A stretch of 64,000 bases of DNA from Bacteroidia bacterium (lineage in GTDB: Bacteria > Bacteroidota > Bacteroidia > NS11-12g > UBA955): contig JAWKNQ010000002.1 of assembly GCA_041391605.1 (NCBI GenBank), positions 21,417 to 85,416 on the forward strand, in the 5' to 3' direction. The position numbers and the translations under genes are program-made. The notes under the pieces are model-generated. The model did not search any database. It worked only from the letters and a program-made list of their open reading frames with translations, and was not told where the DNA came from. Shown piece by piece: positions 18,038 to 29,178 of the stretch. Each line of letters starts with the position of its first letter. Position 1 is the first letter of the stretch.

Positions 18038-19144
18038 ATGGTCGACTTGAATTCACAGTATCTTCGCTATAAGCAAGAATTGGATTCTGCGATAAGTTCT
18101 GTTTTGAATTCTTCTGTTTTTATTGGAGGAGAGGAAGTGGAAAGTTTCTCTAATCAACTTCGTGATTATATAGGTGTTAACCATGTAATAACCTGCGGAA
18201 ACGGCACAGACGCTTTGCAACTAGCCTTAATGGCTTTAGATTTACCAAAAGGGTCAGAAGTGATTACGGCGGGATTTTCTTATGCCGCAGTTGCTGAAGT
18301 ATGTATGTTGCTAGGATTGAAGCCTGTCTTTGCTGACGTCGATATTAACACATTTAATATTAATCCATTAGAAATTGAAAAGCAAATTTCACCGCTCACT
18401 AAAGCAATTGTTCCTGTTCACCTTTTTGGGCAATCCTGTGACATGGAGGTAATTACTGCGATAGCAGAGAAACACAATCTGTTTGTGATAGAAGATAATG
18501 CTCAATCCATCGGTTCTGATTTTATATTTTCGGATGGAAGAACAATGAAATCTGGTTCTATTGGACATATTTCAACCACATCATTTTTCCCATCTAAAAA
18601 CTTAGGTTGCTATGGTGATGGTGGTGCCGTTTTAACAAATAATCATGAATTGGCTATAAAAATTAAAATGTTAGCTAATCACGGACAGTCTAAAAAATAC
18701 CATCACGATGCGATTGGAATAAATTCACGATTAGATGCATTGCAAGCTTCAATATTGAAAGTGAAGCTCAGCGTTTTGGATGGGTTTATAGAAGAAAGAC
18801 GAAAAGTGGCATCTAGATACAATTCAGCATTTGAGGGAATCGAATCTATTAGAATTCCATATAAAGACAAGAAGTCGACTCACGTATATCATCAATATAC
18901 ACTTCAAGTATACGGCTTGAATATTATGGAAATAAGAGAGAAGCTAAATGAAAAAGGCATACCAAGTATGGTGTATTACCCAATGCCTTTGTATAAACAA
19001 AAAACATATAGGTCAGAATTGCATTTGCCTGTAACAGAGGCACTTTGCGATTCAGTGTTAAGTTTGCCAATGGGCACCGACATGACTGATGAACAAATCG
19101 AATTTATCACAAATCAATTTAAAGAAATAATTAATCATAAATGA
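18038..19144 (+). CDS. DegT/DnrJ/EryC1/StrS family sugar aminotransferase
   Basis: Family-typical N-terminus VDLNSQYL. PLP-lysine context SFFPSKNLG. Confidence 0.85.
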   Translation: MVDLNSQYLRYKQELDSAISSVLNSSVFIGGEEVESFSNQLRDYIGVNHVITCGNGTDALQLALMALDLPKGSEVITAGFSYAAVAEVCMLLGLKPVFADVDINTFNINPLEIEKQISPLTKAIVPVHLFGQSCDMEVITAIAEKHNLFVIEDNAQSIGSDFIFSDGRTMKSGSIGHISTTSFFPSKNLGCYGDGGAVLTNNHELAIKIKMLANHGQSKKYHHDAIGINSRLDALQASILKVKLSVLDGFIEERRKVASRYNSAFEGIESIRIPYKDKKSTHVYHQYTLQVYGLNIMEIREKLNEKGIPSMVYYPMPLYKQKTYRSELHLPVTEALCDSVLSLPMGTDMTDEQIEFITNQFKEIINHK

Positions 19145-20463
19145 AAATAGCAGTAGTAGGAACAGGTTATGTCGGCCTTGTCACAGGTACATGTTTCGCA
19201 GAAGTAGGTTTAAATGTTGTTTGTATCGACATTGATCAAAAGAAAATAGATAACTTAAAACAAGGTATTTTGCCAATATATGAGCCTGGTTTAGACGAAA
19301 TGGTGAAGCGCAATTTTGATAAAGGAAGATTGCAGTTTTCGACGAATCTTCAAGAAAGTATTCAAGGTTGTGAGGCTGCTTTTATAGCCGTTGGAACACC
19401 TCCCGATGAAGATGGTTCAGCAGATTTGAAGTATGTTTTAGGAGTTGCAACTGAAATTGGAACTTACATGAACGACTATATGGTGGTTGTGACAAAAAGT
19501 ACTGTTCCAGTTGGTACCGCAAACAAGGTAAGAACCGCTTTGAAAAATGCAATTGATAAGCGATCAGAATCTTTAACATTTGATGTTGCCAGTAATCCAG
19601 AATTTTTGAAAGAGGGTGCTGCAATTGATGATTTTATGAAGCCAGATCGAATTGTTATTGGTGTTGAGTCAGAAAAAGCTGAAGAAGTTATGAGTCGCTT
19701 GTATAAGCCATTCTTATTGAATGGTCATCCATGCATCTTTATGGATATTCCAAGCGCTGAAATGACTAAATACGCTGCTAATAGTATGCTAGCAACCAAA
19801 ATTAGCTTTATGAATGATATTGCAAATCTTTGTGAAATAATGGGAGCTGATGTTAATATGGTCAGAAAAGGAATTGGAAGCGATAGCAGAATAGGTCACA
19901 AATTTATTTATCCAGGAATTGGATATGGTGGATCGTGCTTTCCTAAAGATGTTAAAGCCTTAATTAAAACGGCCGATGAAAATGGATATTCAATGAATGT
20001 TTTGAAAGCAGTAGAGTCTGTGAATGACGCTCAAAAACATGTTATGTTTGATAAATTAAAAGCTCATTTTGGAAGTTTAGCTGGAAAAACTATTGCCTTA
20101 TGGGGATTGTCATTTAAACCAAAAACTGATGATATGAGGGAAGCTCCTAGCTTAGTACTGATTGATCAATTATTGAAAGAAGGGGCTAAAGTAATTGCTT
20201 ATGATCCAGTTGCAATGCATGAAGCTCAACGTATTTTGGGTGATAAAATTGAGTATTCAAACGAACAATACAATATGTTGAAAGGAGCTGAGGCATTAGT
20301 AGTTGTTACAGAATGGCCTGAGTTTAGATCTCCAGACTTCAATCAAATATCTGCTAATTTAAATACAAAAGCAATTTTTGATGGACGTAATATATACGAA
20401 CTTAAAGAAATGAGTTCCCTAGGTTATCACTACGAATGTGTTGGTAGAGAAAAAGTTAATTAA
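19141..20463 (+). CDS. ugd: UDP-glucose 6-dehydrogenase
   Basis: [14 protein letters not shown] Rossmann motif and catalytic [12 protein letters not shown] overlap with the upstream gene. Confidence 0.9.
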   Translation: MKIAVVGTGYVGLVTGTCFAEVGLNVVCIDIDQKKIDNLKQGILPIYEPGLDEMVKRNFDKGRLQFSTNLQESIQGCEAAFIAVGTPPDEDGSADLKYVLGVATEIGTYMNDYMVVVTKSTVPVGTANKVRTALKNAIDKRSESLTFDVASNPEFLKEGAAIDDFMKPDRIVIGVESEKAEEVMSRLYKPFLLNGHPCIFMDIPSAEMTKYAANSMLATKISFMNDIANLCEIMGADVNMVRKGIGSDSRIGHKFIYPGIGYGGSCFPKDVKALIKTADENGYSMNVLKAVESVNDAQKHVMFDKLKAHFGSLAGKTIALWGLSFKPKTDDMREAPSLVLIDQLLKEGAKVIAYDPVAMHEAQRILGDKIEYSNEQYNMLKGAEALVVVTEWPEFRSPDFNQISANLNTKAIFDGRNIYELKEMSSLGYHYECVGREKVN

Positions 20464-20464
20464 T

Positions 20465-21457
20465 ATGAGCAAAAAAAGAGTTTTAATTACTGGTGCAGCA
20501 GGTTTCTTGGGTTCTCACTTATGTGATCGCTTTATTAAGGAAGGATGCGAAGTAATTGCGATGGATAATCTGATTACTGGTGATTTGAGAAATATCGAAC
20601 ACTTGTTTAAATTAAAAGAATTTGAATTCTATCACCACGATGTTTCTAAATTTGTTTTTGTGCCAGGTAAATTAGATTATATCCTTCATTTTGCATCACC
20701 TGCAAGTCCTATTGATTATTTGAAGATTCCTATTCAAACCTTAAAGGTAGGTTCACTTGGAACACATAATTTACTAGGTTTAGCCAAAGCAAAAGGTGCG
20801 CGTATTTTAGTGGCATCTACTAGTGAGGTATATGGAGATCCGCAAGTACATCCTCAAACTGAATCGTATTGGGGGAACGTAAATCCAGTTGGCCCTCGAG
20901 GGGTATACGATGAAGCAAAACGTTTTCAAGAAGCAATTACAATGGCCTATCATACCTATCATCAGGTAGAAACGCGTATAGTGCGAATATTCAACACTTA
21001 CGGTCCTAGAATGCGTTTAAATGACGGTAGAGTGTTACCTGCTTTTATTGGTCAAGCATTACGTGGTCAAGATCTAACAGCTTTTGGAGATGGGTCTCAA
21101 ACACGTTCATTCTGCTATGTAGATGATTTGGTAGAAGGTATATATCGTCTTTTGTTAAGTGATTGTGCTACTCCAGTAAATATTGGAAACCCAGATGAAA
21201 TTACCATCAAAGATTTTGCTGAAGAAATCATTAAACTTACTGGAACTAATCAAAAAATAATATTCCAAGAATTGCCTACTGATGATCCAAAACAAAGACA
21301 ACCTGATATCAGTAAAGCAAAAGAGGTTTTAGGATGGCAACCAAAAGTAAATAGAGCCGAAGGATTAAAAATCACATACGATTACTTTAAATCGCTACCA
21401 AGTGAACGTCTTTATGAAGAGCCACATGGACGAGATTTTGGTCAAAAAAGCAACTAA
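20465..21457 (+). CDS. UDP-glucuronate decarboxylase (UXS-type SDR)
   Basis: [27 protein letters not shown]. Start at MSKKRVL (20465), 2 nt after the ugd stop. Confidence 0.85.
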   Translation: MSKKRVLITGAAGFLGSHLCDRFIKEGCEVIAMDNLITGDLRNIEHLFKLKEFEFYHHDVSKFVFVPGKLDYILHFASPASPIDYLKIPIQTLKVGSLGTHNLLGLAKAKGARILVASTSEVYGDPQVHPQTESYWGNVNPVGPRGVYDEAKRFQEAITMAYHTYHQVETRIVRIFNTYGPRMRLNDGRVLPAFIGQALRGQDLTAFGDGSQTRSFCYVDDLVEGIYRLLLSDCATPVNIGNPDEITIKDFAEEIIKLTGTNQKIIFQELPTDDPKQRQPDISKAKEVLGWQPKVNRAEGLKITYDYFKSLPSERLYEEPHGRDFGQKSN

Positions 21458-22969
21458 TTAAAAGTTCAGAGGCAGTCTGTAATTTATTCCAAATTGCAGA
21501 TCTGACATTTTTATTGAATATTGATTGGAGTTTATAGTCCAAGGATTTAGATATGTCTGTACACCAGCGTATACTCCAAATTGTCCAGAATTATTGATGT
21601 TTGTGTAAACTGAAATTCTGCTGTTGAATGAAGCACTCATTTGAGTTGATTTACTTTGCTTTTTACTTGAACCTTCTATCATGTCTAAGTGTTCAGAGTT
21701 TGAACTGCTAATCAAAGACATTCCACCACCTAATCCAAATGAGAAGAAAGTATTGGTGGATATCCTGTGTTCAGAATTGAAACGAATCGGCAAAGTAAAC
21801 ACATGATATTTGTTCTTTACCGCGAGTGAAAAATTAGATACTGCAGAATATGTTGTTGTATCAAATCCACCATTTGGATTTGGGATAATCAATAAAAGTA
21901 ATATTGGTGTGTATTTTTTTATTCGCCCATCATTATCTCTTGCCGCTATATCATAACTACTCTCATTTATGCGAATATCCTCTGTTCTTAAACTGTAATT
22001 TAAACCTGTTTCAAACGAGAATCTATTGTTTTTACCAAACTTGTATTGATAATTAGCAAAAGCTTGAACTCCAACTCCATTATTGGTCATTTTGCCTTTA
22101 TTGTCCCAAAGATGATGATGCACCCATGCCTGAGAATCTTGATTGATTTTTAATGAATTCATAGCTCTCTGTGGCCCAATGCCAAAACTCAACCAATGCT
22201 TCGAACTCAAATCAGGAGAATAATCGGTTTTTGAATTTTTGACTTTCTTTGCTGAACCTTGATTTTTATTAGAAGAGTTATTAGGTCTTGTAAATGCAAT
22301 CATTGATTCATTGTCTGTATTGAAATAGATATTGAAATACGGAAATCCGATATACCCTAAACTCAGATAATTTAAGTCGTCATTTAGAATTGAATTGAAA
22401 TCTCTTTGGATATTATTCAAACTTGAATTTGAATTTTGTCCATTAATTGCAGATGCAGAACTGTTATTTGTGTTGTTTAAACTTGTAAATCCAACTTGTG
22501 GTTTATTGATTTGATTTTCAATTGCTTTGTGTCTGGTGTTAACTCTTGTTGAGGATCCATTTTCAGCATTTGTATTGATTAACTTTTCAGTTTTTACATT
22601 TTCTGAAGCTGTTGAAGTAGCAGAACGATGTGAAGATTCAAGTTCAATTATTTGAACCGTTTTAACTGTAGAAGCTTCAGAATCGTTTCCTGTATTTGTT
22701 TCAGTATCGTCCACATTTGATGATGTAATATTTTCAATGTTGTTTTCCTGAACAACAGCCATTTTATTCTTTGAATTTGTAAATCCGTTGCCAATCCATA
22801 TCAAACTGGCTGAAACTACAATCAATACAGGCAACAGCCAATACCATAGAGGTTTTCTAGCCTTGCGGTCAAGTTTTTCAGAAATATTTGCCCATAAATG
22901 TTCTTTAGGCGGCAAATATTCATCTTGAAACGATGATTTTAATCTATTGTCAAATTCTTCTGGACTCAT
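21458..22969 (-). CDS. Anti-sigma-like N-terminus + TM helix + N/S-rich linker + beta-barrel-like C-terminal domain
   Basis: Overlaps the ECF sigma stop by 20 nt. Cytoplasmic about 40 aa, then TM helix WYWLLPVLIVVSASLIWIG and a long N/S/T-rich tract. The C-terminal half has alternating beta-like pattern and ends YRLPLNF. Confidence 0.5.
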   Translation of the reverse strand: MSPEEFDNRLKSSFQDEYLPPKEHLWANISEKLDRKARKPLWYWLLPVLIVVSASLIWIGNGFTNSKNKMAVVQENNIENITSSNVDDTETNTGNDSEASTVKTVQIIELESSHRSATSTASENVKTEKLINTNAENGSSTRVNTRHKAIENQINKPQVGFTSLNNTNNSSASAINGQNSNSSLNNIQRDFNSILNDDLNYLSLGYIGFPYFNIYFNTDNESMIAFTRPNNSSNKNQGSAKKVKNSKTDYSPDLSSKHWLSFGIGPQRAMNSLKINQDSQAWVHHHLWDNKGKMTNNGVGVQAFANYQYKFGKNNRFSFETGLNYSLRTEDIRINESSYDIAARDNDGRIKKYTPILLLLIIPNPNGGFDTTTYSAVSNFSLAVKNKYHVFTLPIRFNSEHRISTNTFFSFGLGGGMSLISSSNSEHLDMIEGSSKKQSKSTQMSASFNSRISVYTNINNSGQFGVYAGVQTYLNPWTINSNQYSIKMSDLQFGINYRLPLNF

Positions 22970-23516
22970 GATTTTTTATTTCCTTTTTATACAATTGCCA
23001 TAACATACTTCTCGCTCTAGTTAATGAACTTCTAGAAGTGCTTTCTGGCATATTTAGTTTTTCTGAAATTTCCTTATGACTATAGCCATCTATAGCATAA
23101 AGCATTAACACAATTTTATAATTCTCAGGTAGTTTTTCCATTAGCAACAAAACCAATTCAGAATCAAATTGGTCAGGTGCATCATCATAGTTTTCGGCTA
23201 TTTGTCTAGAGTTTTCATCAATGCTGACCTGTAAAGCCAATCGCTTCAATGATCTTAACTTATTGATGGATTCATTAATGAAAATTCGAGTCATCCAAGT
23301 TTCTAAACTACTCTGAAATGAAAAGTTTTTTAGATGGGCAAATACCTTTACAAATGCATCTTGAAATGCATCTTCAGCTTGCGCCATGTCTTTGAGATAT
23401 CTTTTGCTTACTGCCAGCATTTTGCCTGAAAAATGATTGTACAAGGTCTCCTGAGCGATTCTGTCGCCTTTCAAACAACCTTCTATAACTTTCTTTTCCG
23501 AGAACATGTGTAACAC
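22950..23516 (-). CDS. ECF-type RNA polymerase sigma-70 factor
   Basis: Region 2 (AEDAFQDAFVKVF...TWMTRIFINESI) and region 4 HTH (YSHKEISEKLNMPESTSRSSLTRAR). Confidence 0.85.
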   Translation of the reverse strand: MLHMFSEKKVIEGCLKGDRIAQETLYNHFSGKMLAVSKRYLKDMAQAEDAFQDAFVKVFAHLKNFSFQSSLETWMTRIFINESINKLRSLKRLALQVSIDENSRQIAENYDDAPDQFDSELVLLLMEKLPENYKIVLMLYAIDGYSHKEISEKLNMPESTSRSSLTRARSMLWQLYKKEIKNHESRRI

Positions 23517-23668
23517 TGATACCTCTTAGACAAAGATATTCATTAAAATGCTGCAATAAAGGTAATAAAATTTTATTGATCTTTAAAGTTTAAAAAGTCG
23601 AGGGCAATTTTTAATTTTGAGTCTTGTACTTAGATTCTTCAATGTACAATTCTAGTTTTGGCTTGCTG

Positions 23669-24415
23669 TTAATTCGAAACTTTGTTTAATTCGCTTAATT
23701 TAAGGTACTTAACCGTATGGTACCAGGCACTTAAATACGACCATACAAACCCTTCCTTTCCATTCAAAAAGTTGCCATATATCAAATAATGTTTTAAAAA
23801 ATAAATAGGGAATAAAAGTACAATAAGTAAAAAAGGTCTATTTTTACCTTTATTTTTCAATAATTGAGCACCTCTACTCGTATACACATTAAACTTTTCA
23901 AAATATTGATCTAAATCTCGATAGCTATAATGTAAAATAGAATTCTTTAGATTGGATACCTTTCCTTTTGTTTCAACTTTTTCATGAACACTTGATGAAT
24001 TGAAGTTGCCAAACTTCTTGTTGAACAACCTGATAATAAGCATCTTGCTTTCCTTGCCATATTTAAATATTTTGCCTAAGAAAACATGCTGTCTCGGAAT
24101 GTTATATGCTGTAATTTCTGATTCAAGGTTTAATTGTTTTATTTCACTTATCAAATTATCTGATAGGATTTCATCTGCGTCGATACTTAAAATCCAATTG
24201 TGTTTGGCTTTTGAAACAGCAAATTGCTTTTGCAATCCAAAATCATCTAATTTTCTTTGATAAACAATTGCACCATGTGATTCAGCAACTGATTTGGTAT
24301 CATCACTACTAAAATCATCCACTAGAACTATATCATCACACCAATCTAATTTACTTAGAGATAATTTTAAATTCTCAGATTCATTCTTCGCGATAATAAC
24401 AACCGAAATTTTCAA
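23669..24415 (-). CDS. Glycosyltransferase family 2
   Basis: MKISVVIIAKNE...VDDFSSDDT...SIDADE (DxD-type) motifs. C-terminal hydrophobic segment. Confidence 0.8.
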   Translation of the reverse strand: MKISVVIIAKNESENLKLSLSKLDWCDDIVLVDDFSSDDTKSVAESHGAIVYQRKLDDFGLQKQFAVSKAKHNWILSIDADEILSDNLISEIKQLNLESEITAYNIPRQHVFLGKIFKYGKESKMLIIRLFNKKFGNFNSSSVHEKVETKGKVSNLKNSILHYSYRDLDQYFEKFNVYTSRGAQLLKNKGKNRPFLLIVLLFPIYFLKHYLIYGNFLNGKEGFVWSYLSAWYHTVKYLKLSELNKVSN

Positions 24416-24442
24416 GATTCAAATATATGCTTTTGGAACAAT

Positions 24443-26311
24443 TTATATAAACTCAGCAAGATATAACCACCGCTCGGTTTTTTCCTCTAGATGGCTGTCA
24501 ATTTCAAGAATTTCTTCCGACCACTTCGATAATTCCTCATGATTAGTACTTCCAGAACTAAGCTTTTCGGTTAAATCGGTCTTTTTTCTTTCCAATTCTT
24601 CAATTTCTCTTTCTAATGATTCGTATTCTCTTTGTTCTTTGTAGCTTAGTTTTCTTTTTTCTGCAACTGCTTCTTTTTCAATTTTTTGAGATGAAATTTT
24701 ATTTTCAACCTGCTCTTCTTTCACCGGCTTTCTATTGATTTCTTCCTTGTAGTCCGAATAGTTGCCGTAGTAGTCGAGGATGTTTCCATGCTCTTCAAAC
24801 ACAAATAAATGATCAAGTAATTTATCCATAAAATACCTGTCGTGAGAAACTAAAAGTAAACAACCTGCAAAATTGCTTAAGAAATCTTCTAAAACATTTA
24901 AAGTGTCAATATCGAGGTCGTTTGTAGGTTCGTCGAGAATTAAAAAATTTGGATTTGCTACAAGTACTTTTAGCAATTGCAAGCGCCTCCTTTCTCCTCC
25001 ACTAAGCTTTGAAACTGGGGTATGTTGAACTGAAGGAGGAAAGAGAAACATATCTAGAAGCTTTGACACACTAACTTGTTCACCATTTCCGAGTGTTACA
25101 TATTCTGCGATTTCCTTCACTTCGTCAATAATTCTGTTTTCGTTATTTAAGTTGTTCGTATGCTGGGTGTAATAACCAATTTTTAGAGTTGGTCCATGAA
25201 CAATTTCACCAGTGCTAGGTTCGATTTTTCCTGTCAAAACATCCAATAATGTCGACTTTCCAATGCCGTTTTTTCCAACTATACCAATTCTGTCATTTTT
25301 TTTAAATAAATAAGAAAAATCTTTAATGAGAGTGACATCTCCATATTTTTTTGAAACATGTGATGCTTCAATAATTTTATTTCCCAACCGACTCGTTTGT
25401 ACAGAAATTTCTAATTCTTTGTTTTTTGTTTCTAAACTCACCTTATCTTTTAGGTCGTGGAAGGCTTCAATTCGAGATTTAGACTTAGTCCCTCGAGCTT
25501 TTGGCATACGGCGCATCCATTCTAATTCCTTACTCATCAACAATTTTGCTTTGGCAAGTTCTGAAGCATTAATTGTTTCTCTCTGAGATTTCTTTTCAAG
25601 AAAATAGGCATAATTGCCATTGTGAATGTATAAATCACCTCGTTCTAACTCCAATATCTGTGTGGCAACATTATCTAGAAAATACCTGTCGTGTGTTACC
25701 ATTATTAAAGAAATTTGATGAGCAGTTAACAGGTTCTCTAACCACTCAATCGCTTCTAGGTCTAAATGGTTGGTTGGCTCATCTAAAATTAAAACATCAG
25801 GTTCTTGAATTAATAATTGAGCAAGTGCCACTCTCTTTTTTTGGCCACCACTTAAACTTTTGTTAGATAATTTCAAGTTGTGAATTCCCAATTTACCTAA
25901 AATTTGTGCTGCTCTTTTTTCAAAATCCCAAGCATTATAGATTTCCATTTGCTCAAGCAAAGTTTGCATTCCGTCGGCAGAATAGTCTGGGTCGACGATT
26001 GCTTTTTCATAGGTATTAACAAGCTGTAAAATGGGGTTATCTGCATTGAAAATACTTTCTTCAATAGTTTTATTTGGGTCCAATTCTGGCTCTTGTGGTA
26101 AATATCCGAATACTAATCCCTTGCTCTTACCAACTTCACCACTATCAGGTTCAATTAAACCGCTGATTACTTTTAAAAGGGTGGATTTTCCTGTTCCATT
26201 GCTTCCAACTAAGGCTAGTTTTTCACCTTTAGCAAGACCGAAACTTATTTGTTTAAACAACCATTTTTCTGTGTAAGCTTTTGAAATATTGGCTGCTGAT
26301 ATTAGATTCAT
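24443..26311 (-). CDS. ABC-F family ATPase (Uup-like, C-terminal coiled coil)
   Basis: Two NBDs (GSNGTGKST / GKNGIGKST; LSGGQKKR / LSGGERRR) and no TM domain. E/K-rich coiled-coil tail. Confidence 0.85.
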   Translation of the reverse strand: MNLISAANISKAYTEKWLFKQISFGLAKGEKLALVGSNGTGKSTLLKVISGLIEPDSGEVGKSKGLVFGYLPQEPELDPNKTIEESIFNADNPILQLVNTYEKAIVDPDYSADGMQTLLEQMEIYNAWDFEKRAAQILGKLGIHNLKLSNKSLSGGQKKRVALAQLLIQEPDVLILDEPTNHLDLEAIEWLENLLTAHQISLIMVTHDRYFLDNVATQILELERGDLYIHNGNYAYFLEKKSQRETINASELAKAKLLMSKELEWMRRMPKARGTKSKSRIEAFHDLKDKVSLETKNKELEISVQTSRLGNKIIEASHVSKKYGDVTLIKDFSYLFKKNDRIGIVGKNGIGKSTLLDVLTGKIEPSTGEIVHGPTLKIGYYTQHTNNLNNENRIIDEVKEIAEYVTLGNGEQVSVSKLLDMFLFPPSVQHTPVSKLSGGERRRLQLLKVLVANPNFLILDEPTNDLDIDTLNVLEDFLSNFAGCLLLVSHDRYFMDKLLDHLFVFEEHGNILDYYGNYSDYKEEINRKPVKEEQVENKISSQKIEKEAVAEKRKLSYKEQREYESLEREIEELERKKTDLTEKLSSGSTNHEELSKWSEEILEIDSHLEEKTERWLYLAEFI

Positions 26312-26399
26312 TTTCCCGCAAAGGTAAGATATTTTTAGAGTAGCTAGTGTTGTAATTGATTTTGGTTTTTAACTTAAACATGTTCACATTTGCAACATT

Positions 26400-27263
26400 A
26401 TGGTAATTTACAATCCCAAAGATTGGTGGAAATTGATTCTGAGTTTTCAAAGAAGTGATACATTTAGAATAATGTTACCAGGGATTGTTGGAATGGCTGT
26501 CTTTACAGGCTTGGTAGTTTATGTCGAATTAGATTTTCTACATATAACTTATAAAAACACCACAACAATACATGCAATGGTGGGATTTGTATTGTCGATG
26601 CTGCTCGTTTTTAGAACAAATTCAGCCTACGATAGGTGGTGGGAGGGTAGAAAAGCATGGGGGAGTTTAGTGAATAATTCTCGAAATTTAGCAATCAAAC
26701 TGAGTGCACTTCCGATTCATAACGATGTAAAACTTCGCTTTAAAGTTTTGATTACAAATTATGTATTTGCCTCTAAAGAACATCTTAGGTCTGGGGTTGA
26801 CGGTAGTGAGTTAGATCCTTGTGACAAGTATTCTAAAGAAGATTATTTGTTGTTTAATCATGTGCCAAATCGAATCGCACAATTAATCTTGATTGAAGTT
26901 CAATCTCTAGTTGAAGCTAAAATACTATCTCATGAACAGTTGCTTTTTATTAATCCTGAGTTAAGTTCATTTACAGATAACATTGGAATTTGCGAGCGTA
27001 TTAAGAAAACACCAATTCCATATTCATATAATATATTCCTCAAGAAGATAATATTTATATATATTATTACGATGCCATTCGGGTTTGCAATGGAATTTGG
27101 GTATTGGTCTATATTTATCGTTTCAATATTATTTTATATTTTCGGAAGTATTGAAATTATAGCTGAGGAAATTGAAGATCCATTCGGTCTTGATGACAAT
27201 GATTTGCCTACTGATCAAATAAGTTCAACAATTGAGCAAAATTTAGATGAAATTCTAAAATAA
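26400..27263 (+). CDS. Bestrophin/YneE (UPF0187) family ion channel
   Basis: LLVFRTNSAYDRWWEGRKAWG signature. 4 TM segments. Confidence 0.75.
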   Translation: MVIYNPKDWWKLILSFQRSDTFRIMLPGIVGMAVFTGLVVYVELDFLHITYKNTTTIHAMVGFVLSMLLVFRTNSAYDRWWEGRKAWGSLVNNSRNLAIKLSALPIHNDVKLRFKVLITNYVFASKEHLRSGVDGSELDPCDKYSKEDYLLFNHVPNRIAQLILIEVQSLVEAKILSHEQLLFINPELSSFTDNIGICERIKKTPIPYSYNIFLKKIIFIYIITMPFGFAMEFGYWSIFIVSILFYIFGSIEIIAEEIEDPFGLDDNDLPTDQISSTIEQNLDEILK

Positions 27264-27292
27264 CTATATAATCAGGTGTCTCTTTAAATTAT

Positions 27293-27300
27293 TACATTTG
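27293..27300 (+). promoter_or_regulatory. -7 promoter box TACATTTG
   Basis: Matches TAnnTTTG. Lies 20 nt upstream of the ATG at 27320. Confidence 0.4.
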
Positions 27301-27319
27301 CAGGGGTTTATTAGAAATT

Positions 27320-29158
27320 ATGCAGAAGTTATTTCAATGTATCAAACTCACTTTCACTTTTCTATTACTATTTGAATGTAGTCGGATATATTTTATTTTA
27401 TATAACTATAAAGAGTTTTCAGACCAAACTGTTTTTAAGTTTATTGAAACTGCCTGGCACGGTTTCAGGCTTGACTTATCGGCTAGCATGTATTGTCTTT
27501 CGCTACTTATTATTGTTTTTTTACTAGAGTTTATATTCAGAAGACATGCGCCCAAGTATATTTATAAAACTATTCTCATTATAGAGTTGAGTCTGATTTT
27601 TTTAATAACAATTGCCGACCCCGAATTATTTATTCAATGGGGAGGTAAGTTCAATAATCAAGTTTTGATTTATGTAACGCATCCTTGGGAAATGGCGTTG
27701 TCTACTGGAGCTGTTAATTGGGGAAAGTTGTTGTTTTTTTTGGTGTTTTACTTGCCTGTTGTATATCTTTTTTATAGAATACTATTAAAGCAAATTGAAA
27801 AAAAGCCAGCTTTAGGTTGGCAGCATTTAACTGTTACAATTGTGTATGCATTATTTGGTTTTATAGCTTTAAGAGGAGGTGTAGGTATTGCGACCATTAG
27901 TCAAGCATCGGCTATATATTCTCAAAAACAATCAGAGAATGCAGCGGCCGTAAATAGTTTATGGAATGCTATATATTATGTGATTAATGATGCGAGTTCT
28001 CTTTATGGAGAAGGGTTCAAAGTGTGCGATACAAATGAAGCGAAACTGGAATTTGAAAATCAAATTCAAAATGAACAATCAAGCTTAAAGTTTAGTAAAA
28101 CTACCCGCCCCAATGTGTTAATAATCACTCTAGAAAGCTTTACAGCTTCTGCAAGCAAATACTTTAGTGGTTATAATAATTGTACACCAGAATTAGATAA
28201 GATAGCTAAGAACAACTTAAGTTTTATGAGGTGTTATGCAAGCGGAGATCGCACTGATAAGGGGCTTCTAAGTATTAATAGTGGATATCCTGCTCAGCCT
28301 TTGTCTTCTATAATTGTTTATCACGATAAGGTTCCGAAATTACCTAGTTTAGGATTAGAACTGAAGAGAGAAGGATATCAAAATAGCTTTATTTATGGAG
28401 GTGATGCGGAATATGCATCTATGGCTTCTTATTTTTTGGTCTCTGGCTTTGATCGAATTGTTGATCAGTCTGCTTTTAGCTCAAAAACCAAGAGCAGCAA
28501 ATGGGGATATCATGATGAAGATATGTATAACGAAGCCTTCAATCAGATAAATGCTCAAAAAGAGCCTTTCTACTCACTTGTTTTGAGTTTGAGTAGCCAT
28601 GAGCCATTTGACGTACCTTATGATTCACCTGAATTGAAAGGTGATCCAAAATACTTGTTTAAAAATTCCCTGAAATATGCAGACAAATGTTTGTCCGAAT
28701 TTTTGAAGTCTTGCGAGAAACAAGCTTGGTATAAAAATACAATAATAATTTTAGTTGCTGACCATGGTCATGAGATTGGTTTATCTGATAAATTCTATTT
28801 TGCAAAAGAAAAATACCATATTCCTTTAATTGTATGTGGAGGAGCTTTAGCAGATAACTTTAAAGGTAAGAAAGTAGAACATGTAGTATCACAAACTGTA
28901 GTGCCAAGTATAGTTCTTGAAAGCATGGGTTTGCCTTCGGATAAATTCGCATGGCAAACTAAACCTACTGATAGTTTGGGTTTTGCTCAATATGCATTTA
29001 ATAATGGGTTTGGTAGGGTTACTAATCATTCGGAATGCATATACGACAACAGTGGAGTTTCTTATTATTTTATTGGACCTGAAGAGGATAAGGAACAAAT
29101 TAAAAAAGATGGCAGAATTTTTCAACAAGTCTTGATTGATGATTTCTTGATAAAATAA
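27320..29158 (+). CDS. LTA synthase/sulfatase-family membrane phosphotransferase (LtaS-like)
   Basis: About 5 N-terminal TM helices plus an extracytoplasmic alkaline-phosphatase-superfamily domain (VLIITLESFTAS, VADHGHE). Confidence 0.7.
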   Translation: MQKLFQCIKLTFTFLLLFECSRIYFILYNYKEFSDQTVFKFIETAWHGFRLDLSASMYCLSLLIIVFLLEFIFRRHAPKYIYKTILIIELSLIFLITIADPELFIQWGGKFNNQVLIYVTHPWEMALSTGAVNWGKLLFFLVFYLPVVYLFYRILLKQIEKKPALGWQHLTVTIVYALFGFIALRGGVGIATISQASAIYSQKQSENAAAVNSLWNAIYYVINDASSLYGEGFKVCDTNEAKLEFENQIQNEQSSLKFSKTTRPNVLIITLESFTASASKYFSGYNNCTPELDKIAKNNLSFMRCYASGDRTDKGLLSINSGYPAQPLSSIIVYHDKVPKLPSLGLELKREGYQNSFIYGGDAEYASMASYFLVSGFDRIVDQSAFSSKTKSSKWGYHDEDMYNEAFNQINAQKEPFYSLVLSLSSHEPFDVPYDSPELKGDPKYLFKNSLKYADKCLSEFLKSCEKQAWYKNTIIILVADHGHEIGLSDKFYFAKEKYHIPLIVCGGALADNFKGKKVEHVVSQTVVPSIVLESMGLPSDKFAWQTKPTDSLGFAQYAFNNGFGRVTNHSECIYDNSGVSYYFIGPEEDKEQIKKDGRIFQQVLIDDFLIK

Positions 29159-29178
29159 GTATCTTCGTGTAATAATTT

